Notes: generated by a model from the sequence alone, not told the origin. Counted from the first letter of the stretch, positions 1-9,600 are shown. The stretch is 64,000 bases of DNA from a virus (IMGVR_UViG_3300006851_000007:1-64000); one strand, 5' to 3'. A program made the numbers and translations.

Positions 1-361
1 CTATCTAGGGGGAGAAGTACCCCGAGCCTGCTGTCGGTACCAGCAGGACAAGAGGCAGACAGTGGCCCGAATTACTGTGAAGTCTTGGTTAAAGGAATCT
101 AACCAAAGTCCTCTTGGGTTACCTCGATTGATACCACGAGGCCATCTCGGTATCCGCACCTTTCACGAGGGTGCGTACTTCTGACGAGTACCGGACCACC
201 AATGCGAAATCCGAGGCTCGCCAGTGGCTCAAGGGCCACGCGGATGAGCTGGTCGAGGCGCTCAAGGAGTCGCTCGAAGACTAGCCGAAACGCCCCCGAA
301 AGGGGGCAACAAGCTCGTCAACAACAACTGGCGGCATTGCCGCCAAAACAAGGAGATCATC

Positions 362-994
362 GTGAACATCTACGAAAACTGGAGAGTTTTTACCGCCACC
401 CACAACAGCCTTTACAGCGCCCTTTGCGCTTTCGAGGCACTCCGCGGCCACCTTGGCCACGGGGCGCTCGTCCAGGTGGACGAGAACTGGGGAGTGGCGG
501 AGTACCTCTCCGCCATCGCGGCGGAGGATGAGAAGCTGTGGGAAGAGGGCGAGGGATACATGGGAACCACCGCCCCCTTCGAGGACGGTGGCTTCCTGGT
601 GCACGAAACGTGCACCAAAAACACCATGTACATCCTCGACCCCGAGGAGTGTACCATAGAGGTCCATCGCCGAGAAGAGGCCCCTATCTCCAGCCGGGGC
701 TGGAACGAGGAGGTGGCCACCATCCTCGGCATGAAGCCCCAGGGTGTTCGGTGGGGATACCACGAACACATGGATCAGTCCTTCGAGCTCGCTATCCGGG
801 AGCTCGAGCGGGCCCGCGAGACGCACCGGAGACTCGCTCTGGAGGAGATGCCGGAGAGCGAGTTTCGGGAGAAACTCTCTCCCGCCGGAGAGGCCATCCG
901 CCTTCTGGAGGAAGAGAAGGCGGAGTTAGAGGCGGAGGTGGAGCGCCTCCGAAAAGACCTGGCGCAAGCGGAGAAGCTCCGCCCCACAACATAA
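362..994 (+). CDS. hypothetical phage protein with C-terminal coiled coil
   Basis: 210 aa ORF, GTG start after AAGGAG, GC3-rich codon usage, heptad-rich tail (LEEEKAELEAEVERLRKDL). Confidence 0.75.
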   Translation: MNIYENWRVFTATHNSLYSALCAFEALRGHLGHGALVQVDENWGVAEYLSAIAAEDEKLWEEGEGYMGTTAPFEDGGFLVHETCTKNTMYILDPEECTIEVHRREEAPISSRGWNEEVATILGMKPQGVRWGYHEHMDQSFELAIRELERARETHRRLALEEMPESEFREKLSPAGEAIRLLEEEKAELEAEVERLRKDLAQAEKLRPTT

Positions 995-1045
995 CCAACA
1001 ACCGAGGCCCGGCGATGAGCCGGGCCTCACCATAAGGATAATGAA

Positions 1046-1267
1046 GTGAAGACACATATCACACACGTCAGCAACTTTGGTTCTTTCCGTCCCGCCATCC
1101 GTGCGGACTTTCAGGGTTATATTACCTACCATGCCTCTCCGAGATATGCCCTGGCCGACGAGAGTCAGCTCGAAGAATGGCTTGAGTCCCGCCTGTCCGC
1201 AGTTCGAGCCGCTGCAGCCATTGAGCTTGCCAACCGAAAGATTGCCGCCTGGCAGGAAAACAGATAG
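1046..1267 (+). CDS. hypothetical protein
   Basis: 73 aa ORF after AAGGA, colinear with neighbours. Confidence 0.6.
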   Translation: MKTHITHVSNFGSFRPAIRADFQGYITYHASPRYALADESQLEEWLESRLSAVRAAAAIELANRKIAAWQENR

Positions 1268-1299
1268 ACAGCCACCATAGAACCACAATGAGGTGTAAT

Positions 1300-1743
1300 A
1301 TGGCTACAAGATCAACCACACATTTTGTGTCAAGTTTTTTTAACTCCAGGGCAATCATTTATGTTCACCACGATGGATACCCCAGCGAAGGTGGAGAAAG
1401 GGTTCTCCGGTTTCTTGAAACTGTTCGAGACAAGGTGCCTCAATCTTCTACGCGCTTTAACGATAATTCTCTAACGGCCACCAGGTTCGCTGTTTTTATG
1501 TTTCACAGATACCTTGACAATAAAAAGGCATATCCCATGCCTGGCAAAAACATTGATAATTACCATGTCCTTGACACTATATCAGTGGCGGTAGTAGATA
1601 GCGATCCTGGCGATATTGAGTACAGATATATCGTTTTGTGCGATGAGATCGAGGAGGACGGGACACCAAAAGTCATAGTGGAGTCTGTGTGGGATGGTTG
1701 GAAGAGAGATGCCAAAGATATGCGAGCTAAAGGATGGATATGA
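1300..1743 (+). CDS. conserved phage hypothetical protein (MxTR...YxHxDGYP family)
   Basis: MATRST...IYVHHDGYPSEGG motif; GAGGT RBS before ATG 1300. Confidence 0.7.
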   Translation: MATRSTTHFVSSFFNSRAIIYVHHDGYPSEGGERVLRFLETVRDKVPQSSTRFNDNSLTATRFAVFMFHRYLDNKKAYPMPGKNIDNYHVLDTISVAVVDSDPGDIEYRYIVLCDEIEEDGTPKVIVESVWDGWKRDAKDMRAKGWI

Positions 1744-1925
1744 CAGAGGTGATGATGGAAGAGAGTTTTTGTGTTGTTGTGGATCTTGGAGGTGATGAAA
1801 TTATCCTGGGTCCGTACTACGATATGATCACAGTGAATGCTGTGGTGGAGGCCATTGAAGATATTGGAGACATCGTTGGATTTGATCCAGTTGCAGTGAT
1901 CACGGAATGTGATGAGGAGTGTTAG
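1734..1925 (+). CDS. small acidic hypothetical protein
   Basis: 63 aa ORF overlapping the upstream gene. Confidence 0.55.
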   Translation: MDMTEVMMEESFCVVVDLGGDEIILGPYYDMITVNAVVEAIEDIGDIVGFDPVAVITECDEEC

Positions 1926-1939
1926 ACAGCAGGTGTAAA

Positions 1940-2152
1940 ATGCTTAAAGATATTTTGAATTTTTTAGAAAGAAATCCGGAGGTATTGATCCTCATCGCTC
2001 TTGTTCTTATATGCGCGCTTATTCCTGTCGGGATCATGCTTGAGGAACGGGCTAAATCAAAGGAGAGGCTCGCTCTTATCGAAATGTGTAAGGAGGTCTA
2101 CCTCTCAGGGGGAGAGCTCAAGGGTTGTGAGAAGGTTCTTAATGGGAAGTAG
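1940..2152 (+). CDS. small single-pass membrane protein
   Basis: hydrophobic stretch VLILIALVLICALIPVGIML; AGGT RBS. Confidence 0.6.
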   Translation: MLKDILNFLERNPEVLILIALVLICALIPVGIMLEERAKSKERLALIEMCKEVYLSGGELKGCEKVLNGK

Positions 2153-2233
2153 AACGATGGACAAGATTACTAAAACCATCGCCGAAATGATGTGTATAGC
2201 AGCTGATTGTTTAAAAACATTACAACCAACAGG

Positions 2234-2496
2234 TGAGGAGGTCGAAAGTGACTAACATTAATGCACCAAAAATATTGACTGTCATCTTCGCAGACACGTA
2301 CAGGACGATGCAATCGATCGTGTACGAAAATGAGCACGTTCCATACCGAAAAAGAATCGTGCAAATCGAACTCACACCTGAGCAGAGAAAAGCCCTTGAG
2401 CGTCGATATACAGGACATGGCAGTTCAGGGGAGATGTATGAGGAGCTCCTGGAATGCTGGTTTGAGCCTGATGAAGATGAGGAGGTCGAAAGTGAC
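2234..2496 (+). repeat. 19-bp direct repeat TGAGGAGGTCGAAAGTGAC (2234-2252 and 2478-2496)
   Basis: two identical copies, each containing RBS plus GTG start. Confidence 0.9.
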
Positions 2497-2502
2497 GAGT
2501 AA
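2248..2502 (+). CDS. hypothetical protein flanked by 19-bp direct repeats
   Basis: GTG start inside repeat TGAGGAGGTCGAAAGTGAC, which supplies the GGAGG RBS. Confidence 0.65.
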   Translation: MTNINAPKILTVIFADTYRTMQSIVYENEHVPYRKRIVQIELTPEQRKALERRYTGHGSSGEMYEELLECWFEPDEDEEVESDE

Positions 2503-2800
2503 ACCAGAACCCCCGCCCCAAAAGGGCAAGAAAAAAGTGGTCGGGAGGCTCATGACCTGGCTGGCCGGACGGGGCGATGTGGCCGCCCAAAAACTCGTCC
2601 TGTCACGCGCGCATTTTGGCCTCGAAAAATACGGCACTACCCTTATGACGCACAACGGCCGTGACGCTATCGAGGACGCCCGCCAAGAGCTTGGCGACGC
2701 TCTCCAGTATGTGATGCAAGCCAAGATGGAGGGGCGCGATATGGCGGATCTGAGAGAGCTGACGCAGACGCTTTTGGAGCTGATCGAGGCCGACCCATGA
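2492..2800 (+). CDS. phage protein, MazG-like/all-alpha NTP pyrophosphohydrolase-related
   Basis: GLEKYGTTL...AIEDARQELGDALQY acidic helix motif. Confidence 0.55.
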   Translation: MTSKPEPPPQKGKKKVVGRLMTWLAGRGDVAAQKLVLSRAHFGLEKYGTTLMTHNGRDAIEDARQELGDALQYVMQAKMEGRDMADLRELTQTLLELIEADP

Positions 2801-3099
2801 TCCCCCAGATCGACTACTCAAAAGCGCCCCGCCCTACCCAACGCCCCCTCACCATCGCCATCGACTGGGACCAGACGTGGACGGCAGACCCCGACCTGTG
2901 GAGCCGTTTTGCCGAGATGGCGCAGGCCTCCGGCCACACTGTCTATATCGTCACGTCCAGGCCGTCTGGCAACACCAGCGAGTGCGTGGCCTCAGGCGTA
3001 AAGGTGATCGCCACAGCATGGCAAGCGAAGAGGCCGTTTTGTGAGGAGTTGGGTATTAGGGTGGACATTTGGATTGACGATTGTCCTGAGTTTATTTGA
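2797..3099 (+). CDS. capless HAD-superfamily phosphatase (PNK-phosphatase/nucleotidase-like)
   Basis: HAD motifs IAIDWDQT, IVTSR, K, IWIDD. Confidence 0.8.
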   Translation: MIPQIDYSKAPRPTQRPLTIAIDWDQTWTADPDLWSRFAEMAQASGHTVYIVTSRPSGNTSECVASGVKVIATAWQAKRPFCEELGIRVDIWIDDCPEFI

Positions 3100-3108
3100 G
3101 GAGATGAG

Positions 3109-3423
3109 ATGAGCGTTGAATTTAGTACAGTGTCAGAGCGACGAGCCAGAAAGCCCCACATGTGCGACGACTGCCGCACCACCATCAAAGCTGGCTCCTC
3201 TTATCTTGACTTCCGATGGGTCTCTGATGGTCGATGGTGGGGAGGGAAATCATGCCATCCTTGCTACGCCCTTCGGGGCAAAATATTGTCGGATGATGGT
3301 GTTCCAGAAGATGTCGAGCTCAAAGAGTACGTCATCGGATACCACTCTAAAAAAGAGATCAAGGAAGACGAGCTTCTGTCAGGATTCCTTCAGAGGTTGG
3401 AGCAAAGTGAGGCTCGAAAATGA
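3109..3423 (+). CDS. zinc-finger phage protein
   Basis: RARKPHMCDDC...SCHPC. Confidence 0.7.
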   Translation: MSVEFSTVSERRARKPHMCDDCRTTIKAGSSYLDFRWVSDGRWWGGKSCHPCYALRGKILSDDGVPEDVELKEYVIGYHSKKEIKEDELLSGFLQRLEQSEARK

Positions 3424-3776
3424 GAACAGCAGATAAAATCAGGGAGCTCCTACTCCCCGGCAACTGGAGTGAGGAGCTGGCGCGCGAGCTCCTGGATGAT
3501 GCGATGGATGAGCTTTGGTCTGCCTGCCCTGAGTGCGTGAGGAGGGATGAGGCGGACTATGGGTGCGATTGCGAGTGTGATTGTGAGGATAGTAACCCCA
3601 AAGTGTCGACATATGAGCGTCTGAAAAAGCAGACGTCATCTACGATGAAGATCGGAGATGTGGATGTGGTGTGGGAGAGTATTGAGGCCGCGGAGCCGTA
3701 TGATCCCAGGGTGACCAGGGCCACCATTTGGGTTGATGAAGATACATGGAAAAAACACGTAAAGATTGGGGGGTGA
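3420..3776 (+). CDS. hypothetical Cys-rich protein
   Basis: 118 aa, ATGA-coupled, CPEC and CDCECDC. Confidence 0.6.
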   Translation: MRTADKIRELLLPGNWSEELARELLDDAMDELWSACPECVRRDEADYGCDCECDCEDSNPKVSTYERLKKQTSSTMKIGDVDVVWESIEAAEPYDPRVTRATIWVDEDTWKKHVKIGG

Positions 3777-3779
3777 AAA

Positions 3780-4076
3780 ATGAATGTCACGGATGAATGG
3801 GCGTGTAGTGCGCCGGCCGGAGAGGAGTTGGATCGCATCTGCGCCAAATGGCTCGGTATCCCAGGGGAGTATTCCACCGAGTGGGCCGCCGCTGGTCCTC
3901 TGCTGGAGGCAATGGATGGGCAGCTAGAGCCCCCAATGAGAAGCGGGATGGACACATGGCTCTGTTATGTCTGGCACACCCACCATGGCGAACGCGCCCC
4001 CACCCCCCAGCTAGCAATCGCTCGTGTTTGCGCCACCCTGGTTGCACGCGGGATCACAAAAGAGGATATGGAATGA
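3780..4076 (+). CDS. phage ABA-sandwich-domain-like protein
   Basis: ELDRICA...YSTEWAAAGPLLE...TPQLAIARV pattern. Confidence 0.6.
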   Translation: MNVTDEWACSAPAGEELDRICAKWLGIPGEYSTEWAAAGPLLEAMDGQLEPPMRSGMDTWLCYVWHTHHGERAPTPQLAIARVCATLVARGITKEDME

Positions 4077-4333
4077 AAACATCAAAAGTTAAAAGTAAAG
4101 TTTATAGGTTCCTCCGCACACGCGGAGATTGTCCGGATGGTCAGGTGGGGGGCTGGGGTGTCCTTGACCGCTTGTGTGGAGCAGCAGCCATCGATCGTGA
4201 TGACCGGGAGCTTGGTTGGGGATACGATGCCGATGTGTACACTTTGAGGTCTGACGGCGAGGTTGAGGAGTCTCGGAAGAAAAGAGGGATACTCAGGATT
4301 TATAATCTGTTCTCATCTATCATGGAGGTGGCT

Positions 4334-4558
4334 ATGAGTCATGACATATACCTTAAACATAAGTTGGTATACCTTGAAGAAAAGTTTAAGAGCCTAATGG
4401 AAGAATATGGCGAAATGGTTTATTCAGGGGGTGTCTACCTGACTCGAAGCGAAGAGGCTCGTAAATTGTGGTCGGAGCTAACAGCTGTTGTCGAAGATAT
4501 GGTAGATGTTGAGACGGAGCTTGAGAACCTATGCAGCACCGTTAAAAACAAACAATGA
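4334..4558 (+). CDS. hypothetical coiled-coil protein (could extend upstream to ATG 4073)
   Basis: GGAGG RBS before ATG 4334; the upstream part contains an out-of-frame copy of the lipoprotein gene. Confidence 0.5.
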   Translation: MSHDIYLKHKLVYLEEKFKSLMEEYGEMVYSGGVYLTRSEEARKLWSELTAVVEDMVDVETELENLCSTVKNKQ

Positions 4559-4580
4559 AGACTTAGCAAATATAGGATAC

Positions 4581-4856
4581 ATGGTGGAAGATCGAGCAAG
4601 TAAAGATGTATTGACATATGAGAAAGAATTACTTGAGCGACGACTTAAATTACTTGACTCAGACAGGGATTGGCTCACACATTGCATTAAGTCATTTAGG
4701 GACATCTTATTGGGACACGAGTTGCAACTTGAAATTACTTTAGCCAGGATTCATGAAACATCTTCAAGGATTGGACAGATAGATACTCAACTTGGCAACC
4801 TGGTTCATCCAGATGATTTGCCAGACTTCTTAAAGGGTTCACAAGATGAGGAGTGA
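4581..4856 (+). CDS. hypothetical coiled-coil protein
   Basis: AGGA RBS; ORF track 4506..4856. Confidence 0.55.
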   Translation: MVEDRASKDVLTYEKELLERRLKLLDSDRDWLTHCIKSFRDILLGHELQLEITLARIHETSSRIGQIDTQLGNLVHPDDLPDFLKGSQDEE

Positions 4857-5175
4857 TGAATTCCAAAGTGCACTAAGGCAATACAGGGAGAATGGGGATC
4901 GGGAATCTTTAAGCAACTTTGCAAAGGTTTTGACATTCTTTGAGAAGGGTGATGATATTCAACACCTTACAATTGTTGGCAAGAATGTTTGGACGCAGGG
5001 TCGTGTGACTTGGACAAGCCTTGATGTGACCTGTGGGTTTAGTTTTATTGTCTATATTAGTGAGTGCGATGACTTCTACACCCTTTCAGCCCCAGGTCTA
5101 TTGAGGTTTGCGAAGGAGTTTGAGGAACACAGACCCGACATTGATGTCTTGATAGACACATTTGTTTTGGGTTAA
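4846..5175 (+). CDS. hypothetical protein
   Basis: 109 aa ORF overlapping the previous stop. Confidence 0.6.
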   Translation: MRSDEFQSALRQYRENGDRESLSNFAKVLTFFEKGDDIQHLTIVGKNVWTQGRVTWTSLDVTCGFSFIVYISECDDFYTLSAPGLLRFAKEFEEHRPDIDVLIDTFVLG

Positions 5176-5229
5176 TTTACTCTGGCATTAGGTTCAGTTA
5201 CAAGATGCATGACGAGAGGAGGACTTGAA

Positions 5230-5937
5230 ATGACTAGCCTTATCGCACTCGCGCGCCGCTGGAAGGTGTGCAAAAACTTTCAGTGGGTGTTCGGCATGGT
5301 GGCCGCTCTGGCCGGGGTGTCCTTGACCGCTTGTGTGGAGCAGCAGCAGCCATCGATCGTGATGACCGGGAGCATCATTGGCGAGTACGATGTCGAGACT
5401 GGGAGTTGTAGCTATGATGCACCGCAGATCTCGACATGGGGTCGTATCAATCTCAGAGATCTTATCGCCTATGGGCAACCTCTGGCGCCCGGCTTCAGTT
5501 ATGAGGTCCCGGGTACCTACTTTTTCACGGCCATGTACGAGAATAGCAGCCAGAGCGATGTGATGATCACATCAGCGACGGTCTCTTTTCCGGTCTCCTC
5601 CAATACCTTTTATGGTTATGGTGTGGGGAGCTTTACCACGCAGAGTGGAAATGAGGTGGAGTGGGAGCGCCCCCTTAGCATGCTCGTCCCCTCTGGTGGG
5701 GGTCCTATGATCTCACGGATCCCTCTGATCAACGGCGTTCGGGAGGCGGAAGATTTCAAGGCCTTTTTGGCGCAGGCTCCGACCAATAGGCCCCTGACCT
5801 TCATCGCCGAGATTCAGTTCAAAGGAAAGACGTTGTCGGGTGAAAAAGTGAAGTTCAATCGCCTTGAATACCCGATTAAGATCTATGCAGATTGCGCTTG
5901 TAGGACGACGCCGTTGTGCTCTGTCGGGGTTCATTGA
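5230..5937 (+). CDS. putative lipoprotein
   Basis: basic N-terminus, hydrophobic core, lipobox LTA-C; beta-rich mature region with terminal Cys cluster; GAGGAGG RBS. Confidence 0.75.
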   Translation: MTSLIALARRWKVCKNFQWVFGMVAALAGVSLTACVEQQQPSIVMTGSIIGEYDVETGSCSYDAPQISTWGRINLRDLIAYGQPLAPGFSYEVPGTYFFTAMYENSSQSDVMITSATVSFPVSSNTFYGYGVGSFTTQSGNEVEWERPLSMLVPSGGGPMISRIPLINGVREAEDFKAFLAQAPTNRPLTFIAEIQFKGKTLSGEKVKFNRLEYPIKIYADCACRTTPLCSVGVH

Positions 5938-6139
5938 CAGGATGAGGCAATCATGCTTCCTGGTATTGGACTCCTTGGTTGGAACATTTTTGAATCGTAA
6001 TTTGGAATTGACTTAAGTAAAGTGAGGAGAAGATGAAGAAATTTTTGGGACTTCTTTTGATGGCTTTATGTCTGGTTCTGTCACGTCCTGCCCCGATAAC
6101 CCCATAATTACGGAATTATTTACAGACAGGAGATTTGCT

Positions 6140-7204
6140 ATGGCTAGTTTTAAGGTAGAGGTAGTACGGGTTGAGATAACGCCACATCCCAATGCGGACC
6201 GTCTGGAGCTTGCGAATGTAGGAGGGTATCATGTTGTAGTGGGAAAAGGGACATACGAGACTGGCGATTTAGCGGCATATATCCCGGAGGCCGCTCTTGT
6301 TCCGGAAGAGATCCTTACGGAGATGGGCTTGAGGGGTAAGCTTGATGGGCCTCAACGCAATAGAGTCAAAGCCCGTCGTCTCCGAGGCATCCTATCACAA
6401 GGCTTATGCTATCCCGCCAAGCCCGGCTGGGCAGAGGGGCAGGACGTGACAGAAGAGCTAGGGATCACGAAATATGAACCCCCGGTTCCCGTACATATGG
6501 ATGGACAGATATACGCCGCGGGACCGGAGCGTACCGTAAGGTACGATATCGAAAACTTCAAGCGGTATCCTGATGTCTTGCAGGAGGGAGAGGGCGTTGT
6601 TATCGCCGAAAAGCTGCACGGGACTTTTATGTGTCTGGGAATCCTTTCTGAAGAAGATGCCCATCCCGAATATGGTAGGATAGCTGTGACTTCGAAAGGG
6701 TTGGGAGCCAGAGGTCTTGTTTTTAAGCCGGATGTCCCTGAAAACGAAAATAACTTATATCTCCGGGTCGCCAAACAGGTTATTGCTGAAAATAACCTTT
6801 TGGATGCCCGCCACACCTTCTTCTTATTGGGAGAAGTCTATGGTTCCGGGGTGCAAGATTTAACATATGGCTCCAGGGATCCCGGATTCCGGGTGTTTGA
6901 TTTGGTAATCACCGATTCCGAGGGGCAACAAACTTTTGCCGATGACTCTTACCTTACGGCCTTCTTAGAAGATTTTCCGAATCTAGAGAGGGTACCCGTC
7001 TTGTATAGGGGGCCTTTCAGTAAAGAAGTGCTAAGGGAGCTTACGGACGGTAAAGAAACCGTAAGCGGAGAGGCCTCCCATATCAGGGAAGGCGTGGTTG
7101 TCAGACCCCTTGAAGAACGTCGGGACCCCCGCCTGGGTCGGGTACAGTTAAAATCTATCTCCGCAGATTATTTAACGCGCCGGGGCGGCACAGAATACAC
7201 GTAG
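6140..7204 (+). CDS. RNA ligase, DRB0094/Rnl2-like family with N-terminal OB domain
   Basis: HPNADRLE N-domain; nucleotidyltransferase motifs EKLHGT, GEVYG, FRVFD, REGVVV, LKSIS. Confidence 0.92.
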   Translation: MASFKVEVVRVEITPHPNADRLELANVGGYHVVVGKGTYETGDLAAYIPEAALVPEEILTEMGLRGKLDGPQRNRVKARRLRGILSQGLCYPAKPGWAEGQDVTEELGITKYEPPVPVHMDGQIYAAGPERTVRYDIENFKRYPDVLQEGEGVVIAEKLHGTFMCLGILSEEDAHPEYGRIAVTSKGLGARGLVFKPDVPENENNLYLRVAKQVIAENNLLDARHTFFLLGEVYGSGVQDLTYGSRDPGFRVFDLVITDSEGQQTFADDSYLTAFLEDFPNLERVPVLYRGPFSKEVLRELTDGKETVSGEASHIREGVVVRPLEERRDPRLGRVQLKSISADYLTRRGGTEYT

Positions 7205-7400
7205 GACGAATTTACAAGCCGTAAGGGAGCAACCTCCTATCCCAGGGGGGCTGCGCCATTTTTTTCTTTTGACGCCTTGGGTCGTCCCTAATATAGAGAT
7301 ATGCCTGCAAAAAAAACCAACACAAAAGGATAAAAGCCATGTCTTATGGAGCACGCAACAAAGATCAAAAAAAGAATGATGAAGAGTTTTGAGGTCAGGA

Positions 7401-7715
7401 ATGTTTGAGGGCGACATTAATGTTGTTCGAGAAATTTTGGTAAAAAGAAGAGAGTGGTACCTCCGCTCAGTAGGGACTGAGTCAGACTTTTATTCTGACT
7501 TTATGGCCCACGAGATATCAAAATCCTTGCTTGAGCTCGACAAAAGCGTTTATAAGGCAAGAACTCTCGCTAAGAGAAACATAAGGAAGTATCAAAAGCA
7601 TATTGACAGCCAGCCTGACAATTTTTGCAAACAGCACAGAAGAGCTATAGCTGCTCAGGCTGAGTGGGGATTTATCTTAAGCCTCTTATGCAAAATTGAG
7701 GATGGGTCGTTTTAG
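7401..7715 (+). CDS. hypothetical protein
   Basis: ORF with GAGGT RBS. Confidence 0.55.
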   Translation: MFEGDINVVREILVKRREWYLRSVGTESDFYSDFMAHEISKSLLELDKSVYKARTLAKRNIRKYQKHIDSQPDNFCKQHRRAIAAQAEWGFILSLLCKIEDGSF

Positions 7716-7739
7716 TTACATACTATATGCAGGAGTCCA

Positions 7740-8516
7740 ATGAATACTGGTACTGACCTCATTAGAAACATTGCAGGGGGAGTAGAGCAGATTATTAAGT
7801 CTGAAGACTTTCCTTTTACCGTCACCGTTAATCAAAACATCATCAAGTTGCATTATAAAAAAAGGCGCTGGTGGCCAGGCATTAAAGATAATCATATAGC
7901 TATCGAGCCTCTTGGTAGGTATCTGGACATATCCTGGGTCAAGAGCAGGCATGCCGATAGGGTCGTCCCTTACCTTGAAAAGTTTCTTGAGGATTGTGGG
8001 GTACTCGCACCAGTGCTGACGTGGGAACTACTGCGAGACAGCTATAAGACCAACCCCGCTCGCATGCCTTCTTTTGTTATTCCAGCGCACGGTGCGCTCG
8101 AGGTCGATGCGGGAATTGTTTTTCAGGAGGCTCGAAGAAAGGGGTTTTTATACTTTAAACCAGACCTGCTAGATCAGGATGTGATGTTTTGTAGATCGCC
8201 TCTTGTGTATCTATTTGTTGATAATTGCCTAAATTTCTACCCCAGCGAAAGACCTTATCACTCTGGAGTTTTTAGCAGATCTCCAGATCTGGGAATATAT
8301 CATTTTATAGACGCCTCCCGCAAAGAGACTGGCCCCGCTACCTACCTTGACGATCTTCACAAACCAGAAAATCAACGCGGTAGAGTACATCTTCGAGGTG
8401 GTCACTGGATGATATGTTACGGAGCCACGCCTGAGGGTGTTCGTCAAAAAATGCTAGACGCCTTCAGTAAGATGCACATAAGAGAATTCTCCGTCACAGG
8501 AAGTGTCATCGTTTGA
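7740..8516 (+). CDS. hypothetical protein
   Basis: 258 aa ORF, AGGAG RBS. Confidence 0.7.
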   Translation: MNTGTDLIRNIAGGVEQIIKSEDFPFTVTVNQNIIKLHYKKRRWWPGIKDNHIAIEPLGRYLDISWVKSRHADRVVPYLEKFLEDCGVLAPVLTWELLRDSYKTNPARMPSFVIPAHGALEVDAGIVFQEARRKGFLYFKPDLLDQDVMFCRSPLVYLFVDNCLNFYPSERPYHSGVFSRSPDLGIYHFIDASRKETGPATYLDDLHKPENQRGRVHLRGGHWMICYGATPEGVRQKMLDAFSKMHIREFSVTGSVIV

Positions 8517-8537
8517 TGTAATCATCCATAAGGAATT

Positions 8538-9161
8538 GTGATGATGAATAACAAAAAGGTATGTGAAAAATGCTCTCAGGTTATAGGTCATGACGAGAGA
8601 TATAACGAGAATAAAAATTTCTCTAATGGGGAAATGACTGTATCGCTGCAGTGCTTGAGATGTCGTCCTAATAACAACCTTGAGTACAAAAGACCTGAAT
8701 ACCAGGGCCAGGAGATGGCTGGATTTACAAGAATTAACAGAAACGGGAGAGGTGAGGATCCGTGTATCTTCATCTCTAACGACGGAGAGCGTTGGGAGAT
8801 TAAAGGCCCAGACCTTGATGAGCTGTCAAGACGTGTGGTTGAGTGCAGCTCTTGGGAGTGGCTACCAGGGATGAAAACTGTGTGTGGTAAAAGGATTATA
8901 TCCAAAGATACCACCGTGAGGATTAATGATAGTGGTGAGCTTGTAAAATGTAGAATTCCCCACAATGCTCGTCCTGATCTGGAAGATCATGCTACAAACG
9001 GATGTATTCTATATCTTGTTAGATCCTCTTTTGGGTATTGTGGTATATCCACAGAAAGAAATGGTCGCCGGTGGAGCATCAGTGTTCCAGGCGGGACACC
9101 ATTTGTATCAGAGGTTTCATCTATGGTTGCAGTTCTAGAGAGACTTGATCTTAACCCATAA
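8538..9161 (+). CDS. hypothetical phage protein (N-terminal CxxC, WxWLPGM...PDLxDxAT motif)
   Basis: 207 aa ORF; motifs seen in translation. Confidence 0.65.
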   Translation: MMMNNKKVCEKCSQVIGHDERYNENKNFSNGEMTVSLQCLRCRPNNNLEYKRPEYQGQEMAGFTRINRNGRGEDPCIFISNDGERWEIKGPDLDELSRRVVECSSWEWLPGMKTVCGKRIISKDTTVRINDSGELVKCRIPHNARPDLEDHATNGCILYLVRSSFGYCGISTERNGRRWSISVPGGTPFVSEVSSMVAVLERLDLNP

Positions 9162-9169
9162 GACACGTC

Positions 9170-9373
9170 ATGATTGTCTCTAAGTATGCTATGAATTTTG
9201 AGTACCAGCTAGATATGCTGAGAGACGAAGATGAAGATATAATTGTCGACCATATCATAGGTGTGTGCACTCTTTGTGGTTATTACGGAGAGCAGAGTGT
9301 TATAACACTAGATATAGAAGATGAGTCGGTGTCTATATGTTTCGAGTGTATATCAGAGGCTGTATTTTACTAG
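9170..9373 (+). CDS. small acidic Zn-ribbon protein
   Basis: CTLC...CFEC. Confidence 0.55.
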   Translation: MIVSKYAMNFEYQLDMLRDEDEDIIVDHIIGVCTLCGYYGEQSVITLDIEDESVSICFECISEAVFY

Positions 9374-9382
9374 GAGTGTATT

Positions 9383-9577
9383 GTGAAGATTGAAATGATA
9401 AAGAAGGGTGTGTTTAAAGTCATCCTAAAAAGCACCGAGGAGGGCGATGGATTTGTTGAAGGTATTCACTTTGCGGACGACCCAGCACTAAGAACGTACT
9501 GGGAGGACAACACAACAATCATTGTCCTGGATACAGATGAGTGCAGTCTTGAAGATCTTAATAAATACTCGCAGTAA
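9383..9577 (+). CDS. small hypothetical protein
   Basis: AGGAG RBS, 64 aa. Confidence 0.6.
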   Translation: MKIEMIKKGVFKVILKSTEEGDGFVEGIHFADDPALRTYWEDNTTIIVLDTDECSLEDLNKYSQ

Positions 9578-9600
9578 TGTGTTGTAATATAACACTTAAG

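Noticed and set aside
1-285. Partial gene at window start
   Set aside because: All three plus frames contain stops before 200 nt; only a short coding-like tail ending at 285 is visible, so no call is supportable.
281-1035. Overlapping alternative-frame ORFs (281..826 minus, 538..1035 plus and others)
   Set aside because: Shadows of the GC-rich gene 362..994, which has the SD and codon bias.
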